The notes below the pieces were generated by a model that was given only the letters and a program-made list of their open reading frames with translations, was not told the DNA's origin and ran no database searches. DNA of 64,000 nucleotides from Patescibacteria group bacterium (GTDB lineage: Bacteria; Patescibacteriota; Patescibacteriia; 2-02-FULL-49-11). Both the position numbers and the translations under genes were made by a program. The stretch spans positions 636 to 64,635 of the forward strand of contig JBAZQN010000012.1 in assembly GCA_041645165.1 (NCBI GenBank), read 5' to 3'. Positions 30,527 through 39,901 of this stretch are shown here, piece by piece; positions within the stretch are counted from its first letter, which is position 1; each line of letters begins with the position of its first letter.

Positions 30527-31012
30527 ATGAAAAATTTAAGAAAAATAATGGTTTATTTATCAGTCTTTACTGGTTTATTGGGTTTGTGTATTGGGCAATA
30601 TTTTTATTTCGCAGCTAAATCATACCGATTAAGATCCCTTTGTCCCGTGCGTAGTGAAGTCAAATATCAATGTTTAGATAAATATCAAAATTTTGGACTC
30701 TGGCTCTCACTTATCTCTTTCTTTGTTTTGGTTATCTTAGTTATTATGTTTATCGTTAGTGAACCACGGATTCGTGTGGTGTGGAAAAAATTTACATTCT
30801 GGTTCATTCCCCTAGCTATCATAATCACCCTCGTGAGCCCCGGCAGCTGCGGAGGGTCAATTAGTAGTTTACTCTGTTGGAGCCAAGAATGGTCCGTCAT
30901 GTTTTTCTCCGTAGTCTATATCTCCGTATCTATCTTGATACTTATCATCAAGTCGTGGAAATTAAGAAAAGAGAATAAAGCGAATGAGCTTCCTATTAAG
31001 ACACAGGGTTGA
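30527..31012 (+). CDS. 4-TM membrane protein with Cys pairs in loops
   Basis: Hydrophobic helices; WKKFTFWFIPL; two loop Cys pairs. Confidence 0.75.
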   Translation: MKNLRKIMVYLSVFTGLLGLCIGQYFYFAAKSYRLRSLCPVRSEVKYQCLDKYQNFGLWLSLISFFVLVILVIMFIVSEPRIRVVWKKFTFWFIPLAIIITLVSPGSCGGSISSLLCWSQEWSVMFFSVVYISVSILILIIKSWKLRKENKANELPIKTQG

Positions 31013-31027
31013 CGACTCATCTGTATT

Positions 31028-31376
31028 ATGGAATCGAAACACTCATTAACAGGAAGGGTTAATAAAGTATCGTTATGGTACAATATAGCCGTAATTTTAA
31101 TTGTTATTTTATTTTTTACTTATTTCATTGCTAAGGATCTTTTTATTGAGATTACATCGTGGGCAATGGTCATTATGCTGCCTCTTTTAAGTCTACTAAT
31201 AATCCTTTCCCCTTTTATTTATATTTGGAAGTTCAAGAAGAGATGGAATTTTTTTAAACGTATGCATTGCGCTCATCAGCACGGCAATCCTCACTATGGC
31301 AGTATATTTTGGTTGGGTCGTTTTTTTAAACTACATGTTTGATGTCATGGGCGAAGCATTCTTGAGCACGTTTTAA
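31028..31376 (+). pseudogene. Family A copy 2, frameshifted in a T7 run at 31249-31255
   Basis: Removing one T restores ...VVFLNYMFDVMGEAFLSTF*, matching copy 1. Confidence 0.75.
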
Positions 31377-31412
31377 AAAGTCCCATTTCTGCGGGCTTGT
31401 TGGGTCTTTTAT

Positions 31413-31694
31413 ATGAAAGTTACTAAACCACAACAGTTGTATATATTAATAATGGTATCATTTGTTATCGACGCTCTGTACTACTACGGTTATCTAAACC
31501 TAATTGATGTATTTATTGATTACGCGATAGGCTGGTTTGTTCTCGCGCTTATCGGATTCATTGGTTCATATTTCCTGCTATACACAATCGACATCAAACA
31601 CAAGGCAGCTTTGAGCATTGTCATCACAATCGGCGTGCTCATCAATTTAGGATTCACTTTCTTCTGGTATATTCTTAAAGATTTCGGGTTTTAA
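31413..31694 (+). CDS. Small 3-TM membrane protein, family B
   Basis: FVID..IGF..ITIGVLINL..FWYILKDFGF. Confidence 0.75.
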   Translation: MKVTKPQQLYILIMVSFVIDALYYYGYLNLIDVFIDYAIGWFVLALIGFIGSYFLLYTIDIKHKAALSIVITIGVLINLGFTFFWYILKDFGF

Positions 31695-31702
31695 TAGGTT
31701 TT

Positions 31703-32152
31703 ATGTACGAAATCAAAGTGCGCATGATGAATGAAGCAATGGCGAGGAAACTCATTGAGCCCCTAGGATTAGGGGAGCCTCACCATGTCGAGACCGCCAC
31801 CCATACGTACCTAGCCGACCCTCATGTGACGAGGAAAATCAAGAATGACCATGGCACGCTTTCCTACACCATTATGCAGCGCCATGGGGCGGGGTTTACC
31901 TCTGCCGTTGAGGAAATTTCTGAAACCCGCGCTGAGGAACTTAAGCGCGAATACCCGCCCCGCGTGAGTCTGGCAATGACGAGAACGGTGTGGCAGGAGG
32001 AGGGAGTTGCCATTGCCCTGAATGTGGTGGACAAATTAGGAGTATTTTTGGAATTCCAAGGTGAGGATTTTGAAACGCTCAAAAGCTGGCCTCGGAAGAT
32101 AGGGTTTTCAGAACACCACTATCTCACCCGGGCTTATGATGAAATTTTATGA
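31703..32152 (+). CDS. CYTH-like (CyaB-type) domain protein
   Basis: MYEIKVR (ExK), VDKLGVFLEFQG, RAYDEIL. Confidence 0.75.
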   Translation: MYEIKVRMMNEAMARKLIEPLGLGEPHHVETATHTYLADPHVTRKIKNDHGTLSYTIMQRHGAGFTSAVEEISETRAEELKREYPPRVSLAMTRTVWQEEGVAIALNVVDKLGVFLEFQGEDFETLKSWPRKIGFSEHHYLTRAYDEIL

Positions 32153-32212
32153 CCTACGATGAAATAGTGGTAGAATATCTGCGTAATCTGCGTAATAACC
32201 TAGTTTTGTATT

Positions 32213-32611
32213 GTGCAATTTTCTCAGGAAGCATTTGAACAGCTGGTACGAGAGGAGGTGCAGCTTCTGCCAAAACGGTTCCGCCAGAAGATCAAGAATT
32301 GCGCTTTTTTTATCGCACAAGAGCCAACCCGCGAGCAGCTACGCAACGCGCGCGTGCGCGCAGGCTCTACCCTGCTCGCATTATATGAGGGCGTGCCCCA
32401 GCTCCACCGGACCATCGCGACAGGCACCGCGCTTCCGGACCGCATTACGCTTTTTCAGGGTCCTTTAGAAGCGCTCGCCGGAAACCCTGTCAACTCCGAT
32501 CTTCTTCGCAAGGCAGTGCGCGACACCGTGTGGCATGAGATCGCGCATCATTTCGGGTTTGAGGAACACGAAGTGCGCGCCATGGAGCGTACAAGGCGGA
32601 AGAGTGTCTAA
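32213..32611 (+). CDS. Zincin-like metallopeptidase family protein
   Basis: LLALYEGVP, LPDRITLFQGP, TVWHEIAHHFG. Confidence 0.9.
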   Translation: MQFSQEAFEQLVREEVQLLPKRFRQKIKNCAFFIAQEPTREQLRNARVRAGSTLLALYEGVPQLHRTIATGTALPDRITLFQGPLEALAGNPVNSDLLRKAVRDTVWHEIAHHFGFEEHEVRAMERTRRKSV

Positions 32612-32670
32612 GAGGTGGGCGGGGGGGCGTTCACCTTTTTTTATTTTATATCGGCATTTCAATGGTTCTG

Positions 32671-32761
32671 TTGTAGCGTGGCCCCGCCTGGGCGTGGCCA
32701 CACGATCGGTTGAGTCGGAGACATCCCAGTCATTCGACGGGATAAAAGCTCCGACGCTACA
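32671..32761. repeat. GTAG-terminated REP-like palindromic element
   Basis: tgtagcgt...gtcggag...ctccgacgctaca; relatives near 56970, 60646, 61878. Confidence 0.6.
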
Positions 32762-32793
32762 GAGTTGATAAAAGTGCCCGAAGGGCTTAATTT

Positions 32794-34110
32794 ATGAAAC
32801 TCTACCAGACTCTCCATGCGGTGATACACGGCGTAGATGCGCACGGACGCGGCACGGCGACCGCGGAAGGTAAGCTGCTCGCAGTGCCTTTTGCCTTCCC
32901 CGGCGATGAAGCTGACGTGCGGCCGGCGCATCGCGAGCATGGGATATTGGTGTGTGAGCTCGTGGCGCTTACCCGCCCTTCGCCATGGCGCGTGGCTCCC
33001 CAATGCGACCATGCGGACCGGTCAGGGGGATGCTTCTGGCAGGTTATTGCGTATGAGAAGCAATTGGAATGGAAACGGATGATCACGCAAATGTTTTTCG
33101 ACACGGCAGGAGTGTCATTATCGGTGCCGGAGGTTATTCCCAGCGCCCCGCTTTTCGAGTTTCGGAATAAGATGGAATTCGCAATCGGCGAAGGTCCCGT
33201 AATTGGCACCAAAGCGCCGGGGAAATGGTGGGAGATCGTGGACATGGACGGATGTCTGCTTCTTTCGCGCGAATCGTGCGAGGTGGTGCGCCGCGTGCGC
33301 GCGTTTCTCACGCAGCACCGCGTGCCCTCATGGAACGCGCGGTTGCATCAGGGATATGCGCGGTATCTTGTGATTCGGGAAGGGAAATACACGCATGAGC
33401 GCATGGTAACCTTGATTACCGCGCCCGGGGCATTGCCCGGAGCCGAGGATCTCATCACACTTTTGCATCCGCTCACCACGTCGCTCTACCACGGCATTAA
33501 TTTTTCTTTGAGCGATACTGCACTCGCAGATACGCTCACGCTTCTTGCGGGAGACCCTTATCTTCACGAGCAAGTGGGGGAATTGAGGCTCGCCATCAGC
33601 CCCAATTCGTTTTTTCAGACCAATTCATTTATGATAGAGAAGCTGATGGATGTGGTGGAAGATCTCCTGCAGTTAGCGCCGCGCGAGAAACTTCTCGACC
33701 TCTATTGCGGATTAGGATTATTTTCTTTGAAATATGCGCCTCTGTGCGCGCAGGTGATCGGCATTGAGGCGGCACAAGAAGCGGTGGCGATGGCCATACG
33801 GAATCAGGAGACGAATAAGATCGCCAATGTTGAATTTAAGGCGGGGAAAGTTGAGGATTTATCATGGGTAAGCCCTTGGGCTGATGCGGCTATTGTGGAT
33901 CCGCCGCGGGCAGGGCTTCATCCGGACGTCATAGAGGCATTCATAAAGTGCGGCCCTCAAAGGTTTGTGTATGTCTGCTGCAATCCTAAAGCGTTCGCGC
34001 GGGAACTGGCCGCACTGCAAGCCGCGTATCGCGTCACTGCCATGCGCGCGCTTGACCTCTTCCCCCACTCGCCGCACGTGGAACTGGTGGTGAGGCTTGA
34101 GAGAATATAG
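32794..34110 (+). CDS. rlmD: 23S rRNA (uracil-5)-methyltransferase, RlmD/TrmA family
   Basis: FRNKMEF, SFFQTN, LDLYCGLG, VDPPRAGL, DLFPHSPHVE. Confidence 0.92.
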   Translation: MKLYQTLHAVIHGVDAHGRGTATAEGKLLAVPFAFPGDEADVRPAHREHGILVCELVALTRPSPWRVAPQCDHADRSGGCFWQVIAYEKQLEWKRMITQMFFDTAGVSLSVPEVIPSAPLFEFRNKMEFAIGEGPVIGTKAPGKWWEIVDMDGCLLLSRESCEVVRRVRAFLTQHRVPSWNARLHQGYARYLVIREGKYTHERMVTLITAPGALPGAEDLITLLHPLTTSLYHGINFSLSDTALADTLTLLAGDPYLHEQVGELRLAISPNSFFQTNSFMIEKLMDVVEDLLQLAPREKLLDLYCGLGLFSLKYAPLCAQVIGIEAAQEAVAMAIRNQETNKIANVEFKAGKVEDLSWVSPWADAAIVDPPRAGLHPDVIEAFIKCGPQRFVYVCCNPKAFARELAALQAAYRVTAMRALDLFPHSPHVELVVRLERI

Positions 34111-34215
34111 AATTTAGAATCAAGAATCTGGAATGAATATCGAATAATGGTATGCAGAATGTGTCAATATCTAGATTCTCATTTCTAGCTTCCAGATTTT
34201 ATCATGGTACAATAC

Positions 34216-35097
34216 ATGAGCATGACTGAACCAACCCCCCCACATCCATATAAATGCGGTATCGTCGTCCTTATTGGCCGATCCAACGTCGGCAAATCAA
34301 CGCTCCTCAATGCCTTGGTGGGCGAGAAGGTAGCCCCGGTGTCGCCCCTGCCGCAGACGACGCGGCAGCCGGTGCAGGGCGTCCTCACCACTGATGAGGG
34401 ACAGTTGGTATTCGTGGATACGCCGGGATTGCTCAAGGGTTCGAAAGACAAGATCACGGGACGCATTAACCAGACGATTAAGGAAAGTTTGGAAGGCGTG
34501 GACCTTGTCCTTTATGTGGCAGACCCCACGCGCATGATTGGCGAAGAGGAGCGGGCGCTGCTCGCAATGGTAAGGCCTCTTCCTATTCCGAAATTGCTCG
34601 TGATCAACAAGAGCGAAATCGCGGATGCGCCTTATGGCGAGGATTACAGGGATCTGCGTGAAGATTTTGCCGCGATCATGGAAGTGTCGGCGCTCACTGG
34701 CAGCGGCCTTAAGGTTTTGGTGAATGAGTGCCTCGCGCGCCTCCCGGAGGGGGTCATGCTCTATCCTCCCGAAGAAAAGACGAATATATCTCACACGCGG
34801 TGGATTGAGGAAATGATCCGCGAGAAGCTTTATTATTATCTCCACAAGGAAGTGCCCTATACTGCCACGGTGCGCGTGGAAGAAATAAATGAACGGGCAA
34901 ACAAGGTGCTTTACATACGCGCCGTGGTGGTCACCACGGATGCGCGTTACCGCAAAATGATCATCGGACACGGCGCCCAGCGGATTAAGGAGATAGGCAC
35001 TGCGGCGCGCAAAGAGCTAAGCCTCGCCCTCAACCGGCCGGTGTACCTCGATCTTACCGTGGATGTAGATACGCATTGGATGACGAGGATGGAGTAA
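34216..35097 (+). CDS. era: GTPase Era
   Basis: GRSNVGKSTLLN, PQTTR, DTPG, EVPY, KH motif IIGHGAQRIKEIG; start could be 34204, 34216 or 34222. Confidence 0.97.
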   Translation: MSMTEPTPPHPYKCGIVVLIGRSNVGKSTLLNALVGEKVAPVSPLPQTTRQPVQGVLTTDEGQLVFVDTPGLLKGSKDKITGRINQTIKESLEGVDLVLYVADPTRMIGEEERALLAMVRPLPIPKLLVINKSEIADAPYGEDYRDLREDFAAIMEVSALTGSGLKVLVNECLARLPEGVMLYPPEEKTNISHTRWIEEMIREKLYYYLHKEVPYTATVRVEEINERANKVLYIRAVVVTTDARYRKMIIGHGAQRIKEIGTAARKELSLALNRPVYLDLTVDVDTHWMTRME

Positions 35098-35130
35098 GGT
35101 TCTATAAGACTAGAAATATGGTTCCATTAC

Positions 35131-35464
35131 GCCGCGGTTGCCGCCTTTCTTGTTGCGGAACTCGGCTAATCGCTCGGATTGCCCGTTGCGCAACACGCGT
35201 CCCCGCCTCCAGCGCGGCGGGGCGCTCCGCCTCGGCAGGGCGACTCCGACGTGACGTCGGAGACCATGCTCGCCCTGCCTGCGGAGGGTAGCGCAAGAGC
35301 AATCCTCGCTTAGGGGAAGAATCGATCACACAGTCCCTGTCTGCCGTAGCCATTTCTACGGGGGTGTTCCCTACGTCAATGAGGATTCTATCATCATGGA
35401 TGTTGCCGTTCATTGTTGACAGGCGATGACAGGCGGGCTCACAGCGAAACGCGGCACCCGCGGC
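35131..35464. ncRNA. Candidate ~335-nt multibranch structured RNA (unassigned)
   Basis: Closing stem gccgcggttgccgc/gcggcacccgcggc (13 of 14 pairs) and at least six internal helices. Confidence 0.55.
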
Positions 35465-36168
35465 TAGTCATACTTTAGAGAAGATTTATCTATAAGGCGA
35501 GGCGTGTGTTCTCGGGTAAAGATAAGTACGCCGATAAAAATAAGCACAATGCTGATAAGTACTGCACCTGCAGTGCTGGGATCATCGCGCGTAGTGGCAA
35601 CACCGGCGACTTGGCCGGTCGAAATAGTGACCGGCAGCTTGATGCCTGAAGCGGCATTTGTGGCTCGAACGGTTAAGGGACGGCCTAGGATGGAAATATT
35701 AGTTTTTGAGTTTATGGGTTGTTGAGTTTGTGAATAGTATTCAATGGTGACTGTGGCGGATTTATTGGGCTCCAAGAGGAATGTGGTGGGAGTAATGATG
35801 AATGGAAAGAGGCTGTCGTTTTCCACTTCGTAAATCACGGTTTCACGGGAGGGATTCATCACGGTAAACGTACCTGTGATTTTTTTATTTGCCGCGCCAT
35901 GGAGGGTCAGTTCTCGGGGCGAGACTGAAATACCTACAGCGAGTACAATAGGAGGAAGCATCCATAACGTCATTCCCGCGCAGGCGGGAATCCAGATGAA
36001 AACAAAAAATAAAAATCGTAATGACTGTTTGTTTATCTTTGTTTCCCCGATCAGAGCCTGCCCCGTACTTGATACGGGGTCGGGGGCGGCGTCTGGATCC
36101 CGCATCAAGCCTGCCCCGTACCGCGATACGGGGTGCGGGATGACGTTGAATAGTGTTTGGAAGCTCAT
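35464..36168 (-). CDS. Exported Ig-like (PapD-like) protein with C-terminal membrane anchor; N-terminus partly repeat-derived
   Basis: GISVSPRELTL...FTVMNPS...ITPTTFLLEP; GQVAGVAT then a TM helix. Confidence 0.7.
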   Translation of the reverse strand: MSFQTLFNVIPHPVSRYGAGLMRDPDAAPDPVSSTGQALIGETKINKQSLRFLFFVFIWIPACAGMTLWMLPPIVLAVGISVSPRELTLHGAANKKITGTFTVMNPSRETVIYEVENDSLFPFIITPTTFLLEPNKSATVTIEYYSQTQQPINSKTNISILGRPLTVRATNAASGIKLPVTISTGQVAGVATTRDDPSTAGAVLISIVLIFIGVLIFTREHTPRLIDKSSLKYD

Positions 36169-36216
36169 ACCCCCGGCGTTTAAGTGCGTTGTGAATGCGT
36201 GTGAATGCGATTTGTG

Positions 36217-38148
36217 TTACTGCGCCTGTCCCCAAAAGACGAGCGTACCTTGCGATACGCCTGTTTCGTTCCCGCTGGGCACGGAGAGCGCAACCTCCAC
36301 CGTTTGAGTTGATTGCGCATTAAGCGATGTGTCAAAAGATCTCCATGAAGAGCCCGAAAGCCGCAGGTTGTCGACAAAGAGCTCGTCGCCGCGGACCGCG
36401 CTGGTGAATGAAAGAGGCGCGTCTCCAGTATTGCGCAGGAGGAGCGTGCGGTCTGCGGCCCTGCCTTGCGGTACATTGCCAAAGTCAAGAAGCGAAGGCT
36501 CGACCGTGAACCCTAGGGTTACGCCGTCCGCATTTCCGCCACCGGGCGCGGGAACCACATAAACCAATAAACCCACTGCGTTGCCATCTCCTATCGTGAG
36601 GGTGACCCGATTGGAACGGATTGCGCCGTCAGCCTCCGCCCAAATGGTCCACACGCCATCCGATAATGTAATAGTCGCCTCGCCTTGCGCGTCTGTCTGT
36701 ATTGGTTCAGTCCCCCCATAGAGCGTGGCGGCAATCGGACTCCAACTATTATTGCTGAATTGTTGAATTGTTATATTGGCAGATTGGCCGTTGATCGTGC
36801 GGGTGGTAGATGCTGAAAGGCGCAAGGGACTCCACTCGAATTCCCCATAATACCAGAGCACTTCATCTCCCGGCGCTAATGCATAGTCAGCGGCGCCACG
36901 GTCAGGGAGTGCCCAGTTGACGCGGTAGAGCCACCCCTTTGTCCCTTGCGCCGCATCGTTGTTGATCGTCTTTACATAAGGGCCGAACGAGGTTTGCGGG
37001 ATATCATAGGTGAAGCCGCACGCAGATGCGGCAGCGGGAATGATATCTAAGGCGCTGGCTAGTTGCGGAGCGAGCGCGGCGGTGCCGGTGCAGACTGGGT
37101 TTAACGATCCTTCTATGCGGTAGGACACGGTCGTGGCATGTTCTGGCACAAAGGAGGCGACCGGGAGGCTTTTGCCTGCGAGCGCGATCACGGCATATGC
37201 GGTTGAGATCGGCGTGAACGAGGTTTCATCGGTGAAGGTGGAGGAATGCGCAAAACTGCCATTCGGCTGCTGCAGCGCAAGGAGGTGGTCAAGCGCGTCT
37301 TTGCCATTCTTTTCCCATGCGGAGGAAGCGGGATCCTGGCCTGCTTTTCTCACTGCGTGCGCAACCCAGGCGGAGGACGATGTGTCGGAAGGATCCGGCT
37401 CACTGGTATAGGGATTGGCGGGCCAGAAGTAGGGGAATCCGCCGTCCTCATTTTGCGTGCCCTTCAGCCAGAGAAGCGCTCTTGAAATTGGCTCTTGGGA
37501 TGGGGCGACTCCCGCTTCTATAAGCGCCTGAATGGCCGCTGCGGTGGTGTTGGTATCGCCCCATGACCCGTTCTCCTGCTGTGCATTGAGGAGAGTTGTT
37601 TTTGCGTCTTGGATCGCCGGGTCGTCAGAGGCCTCTCCTGCCGCAGAAAGCGCAAGAATTCCGAAAATATCATCGTTGAGAAGCGCAGGGTCGCCGATTT
37701 GGCCGTTGGTGTGGAACGTGTTGAGCTTCGCGACCAAGTCGATCCCGGTAAAAGTGCGGGGATCGTATCCTGCCGCGACAATCGCGAGTATCGGCGCTTC
37801 CATCGTGATGGCAGAGCTGGTATCTGCCGTTTTTAGGTATTCGGCAGGGACTTCTGTGTCTCCTGCGGCTACAAGCGCCATGGTAGCCCAGGGGGCGGCG
37901 GGTTTGGATTTGAGATAGGTAATGGCGCGGGAGAGAGGGGCGTCTGCTTGCAATGAGAGTGACGGGATAAGGGATGAGGCGATGAGGAGCGCGGTTACGC
38001 ACCTCACTGTCATCCCCGACCAGAACCTGCCCCGTACCGAGATACGGGGTCGGGGATCCAGAAGGGAAAAATAGACAAAAATCGATTTGTTTTTGTTCGT
38101 TTGTCTGGATTCCTGCTTTCGCAGGAATGACACCAGCTGTGTGCGCAT
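36217..38148 (-). CDS. Secreted prenyltransferase-like barrel + DUF4430 + Ig-like protein (putative cobalamin binder)
   Basis: QW-like repeats QQENGSW, QNEDGGF, QQPNGSF; DUF4430-like GPYVKTIN..GWLYRVN..GAADYALAPGDEVLWYY; ATG at 38148. Confidence 0.82.
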   Translation of the reverse strand: MRTQLVSFLRKQESRQTNKNKSIFVYFSLLDPRPRISVRGRFWSGMTVRCVTALLIASSLIPSLSLQADAPLSRAITYLKSKPAAPWATMALVAAGDTEVPAEYLKTADTSSAITMEAPILAIVAAGYDPRTFTGIDLVAKLNTFHTNGQIGDPALLNDDIFGILALSAAGEASDDPAIQDAKTTLLNAQQENGSWGDTNTTAAAIQALIEAGVAPSQEPISRALLWLKGTQNEDGGFPYFWPANPYTSEPDPSDTSSSAWVAHAVRKAGQDPASSAWEKNGKDALDHLLALQQPNGSFAHSSTFTDETSFTPISTAYAVIALAGKSLPVASFVPEHATTVSYRIEGSLNPVCTGTAALAPQLASALDIIPAAASACGFTYDIPQTSFGPYVKTINNDAAQGTKGWLYRVNWALPDRGAADYALAPGDEVLWYYGEFEWSPLRLSASTTRTINGQSANITIQQFSNNSWSPIAATLYGGTEPIQTDAQGEATITLSDGVWTIWAEADGAIRSNRVTLTIGDGNAVGLLVYVVPAPGGGNADGVTLGFTVEPSLLDFGNVPQGRAADRTLLLRNTGDAPLSFTSAVRGDELFVDNLRLSGSSWRSFDTSLNAQSTQTVEVALSVPSGNETGVSQGTLVFWGQAQ

Positions 38149-38154
38149 ATAAGA

Positions 38155-38184
38155 AATAAAAAAAATCCACTCGAGGGAGTGGAT
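38155..38184 (-). terminator. Intrinsic terminator in the riboswitch leader
   Basis: Minus strand atccactc-cctc-gagtggat followed by a T run, just before the ATG. Confidence 0.7.
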
Positions 38185-38259
38185 GGTCTTAAAGCGCAAA
38201 GCATAAAATTGCGCATAAGGACCATGGTATAACTCTGCTCGGAGTCATGTGAGGGGGTT

Positions 38260-38373
38260 ACTTTACTCCAGCGACCGGGCTTGTCCCGCCAAAATTTTGC
38301 TCTGCAAAACTTAGGCGGGCGTTACCGTTGCGGCACAGCGGGGGAATGAAACCCCACTTCCCTGTGAGTAAAG
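38260..38373 (-). promoter_or_regulatory. Cobalamin riboswitch (compact)
   Basis: Minus strand ctttactc-acAGGGAAgtggggtttcATTCCcccgctgtgCCGCAACgGTAA-[hairpin]-AAGCCcGgtcgctg-gagtaaag. Confidence 0.8.
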
Positions 38374-38491
38374 AGTCTTGTGAATGAGCTTTTCAAGCTT
38401 ATATCGGTTTGAATGGCAGGGCAAGTGGATAACTAGGGATGCGTCTGATATAATGAAGAGAGAATATATTTCTTTTATCAACGTTATAATC

Positions 38492-39199
38492 ATGAATATG
38501 CCGCAGCGCCTCGGTTCATCCTCACCTCGCCGCGTCGTGGTATTTGTGGGTGTTATTGCGCTCATCGGGGTATATGTAGGATACGCGGTGGTTTCTCGTA
38601 CGTTTAAAAATCAGACACGCCAGGGCGCTCCTGCACCATCTGCAACCATGACGCAAGAGCCTACCCCAGATGAGCTGGCAGCGCGGCAGAACGTATGGAC
38701 CAGCGATGATCCGGTACGGGGGAATATTAAAGCCCAGGTGTCCATTGTGGAATTTAGCGATTTCGAGTGCCCTTATTGCCGTGAGGAGTATCCTATAATA
38801 AAGCAGCTCCTCGATACGTATGGAGCCCAGGTCCGGTTCCAGTACCGCGATTTCCCTATTTCTGAACCACACCCCAATGCGCAGAGTGCGGCAGAGGCGG
38901 CAGAGTGCGCGAGCGCCCAGGGCAAGTTTTGGGAATATCATAATATATTATTTGAGCATCAAGACAGCCTTACGCGCGAAGACCTCGGAAGGTATGCGCG
39001 CGAGGTCGGGCTCAATCTCAAACTTTTCAATCAGTGCCTGGACGGCCGTTCTAAAACGAATGAGGTGATTGCGGACTTTAACGATGGGCGCGCGTTAGGA
39101 GTTGGTGGCACGCCGACTTTTTTTATAAACGGAGCAAAGTATGCGGGAGTGTTTACCTATGAAGAATTGAAGGGGATTGTTGAGGAGTTATTAAAGTGA
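38492..39199 (+). CDS. DsbA-family thiol-disulfide oxidoreductase
   Basis: TM anchor; EFSDFECPYC, YRDFP, QGKFWEYH, GTPTFFING. Confidence 0.94.
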   Translation: MNMPQRLGSSSPRRVVVFVGVIALIGVYVGYAVVSRTFKNQTRQGAPAPSATMTQEPTPDELAARQNVWTSDDPVRGNIKAQVSIVEFSDFECPYCREEYPIIKQLLDTYGAQVRFQYRDFPISEPHPNAQSAAEAAECASAQGKFWEYHNILFEHQDSLTREDLGRYAREVGLNLKLFNQCLDGRSKTNEVIADFNDGRALGVGGTPTFFINGAKYAGVFTYEELKGIVEELLK

Positions 39200-39365
39200 T
39201 AAATTTTCAATTCTCAATTTTACAATTTTCACTAAATGATTCAATGATTCAATTTTCAAACATTGGGAAATTGAAAATCAACTGAAAATTGAACATTGTC
39301 CCGCTCTTTGATCATTTTTTTAAATGTTAGCGGGATCCCGCCTAAGCGGGAGAAATTGATAATTA
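39199..39365. repeat. AATTTTC/GAAAATT heptamer element with nested double-hairpin insert (39299-39351)
   Basis: Near-identical copy without the insert at 41905-42022. Confidence 0.8.
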
Positions 39366-39373
39366 TATTAAGT

Positions 39374-39901
39374 ATGGAAAAAACCCTAAAGACAATCATT
39401 ATCGGTGCTGACCATCGCGGGTGGCAGGCGAAGGAAGACCTTAAGCGTTCCATTGCAGAGTGGGGATATTTAATTGCTGATGAAGGGGCGCATGCGTATG
39501 ACGTGCATGATGATTATCCTGATATCGCCTATGCGGTGGCCTTGAGAGTCGCGCAGGAAGATGACATGCAGGGAGTGCTCCTGTGCGGATCCGGCGTGGG
39601 GATGTCAGTGGTTGCCAATAAAGTGCAAGGGATTCGCGCTTCCTTGTGCTTTTTTCCTGAACAAGCGGCAGCAGCCAAACACGATGATGATGCGAATGTG
39701 CTAGTGCTGTCCGTGGATTATCTGACCGCGGCACAGATGCGCCGCATTCTCAAGAGCTGGCTTGACACCGATTTTGCGCCGAAAGAGAAGTATATGCGGA
39801 GGTTGAGGAAGATTACTTTATTGGAGACACAAGGCTATCTGAAGAATGTCAAAGCTCAAAGTTCAAATGCCATGGTTCGACAGGCTCACCATGACAAATA
39901 A
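39374..39901 (+). CDS. rpiB: Ribose-5-phosphate isomerase B
   Basis: IGADHRG, DDYPD, CGSGVGMSVVANKVQGIRA, HDDDANVL. Confidence 0.95.
   Translation: MEKTLKTIIIGADHRGWQAKEDLKRSIAEWGYLIADEGAHAYDVHDDYPDIAYAVALRVAQEDDMQGVLLCGSGVGMSVVANKVQGIRASLCFFPEQAAAAKHDDDANVLVLSVDYLTAAQMRRILKSWLDTDFAPKEKYMRRLRKITLLETQGYLKNVKAQSSNAMVRQAHHDK

Noticed and set aside
35102-35413. 103-aa minus-strand ORF
   Set aside because: Arg/Ala/Pro-rich translation of a GC-rich palindromic region with no protein motif
35131-35464. RNase P RNA, tmRNA, SRP RNA or IscB omega-RNA
   Set aside because: No GAGGAAAGUCC, tRNA-like ends or SRP helix-8 motif; omega-RNA-like words are out of order and no IscB/TnpB is adjacent
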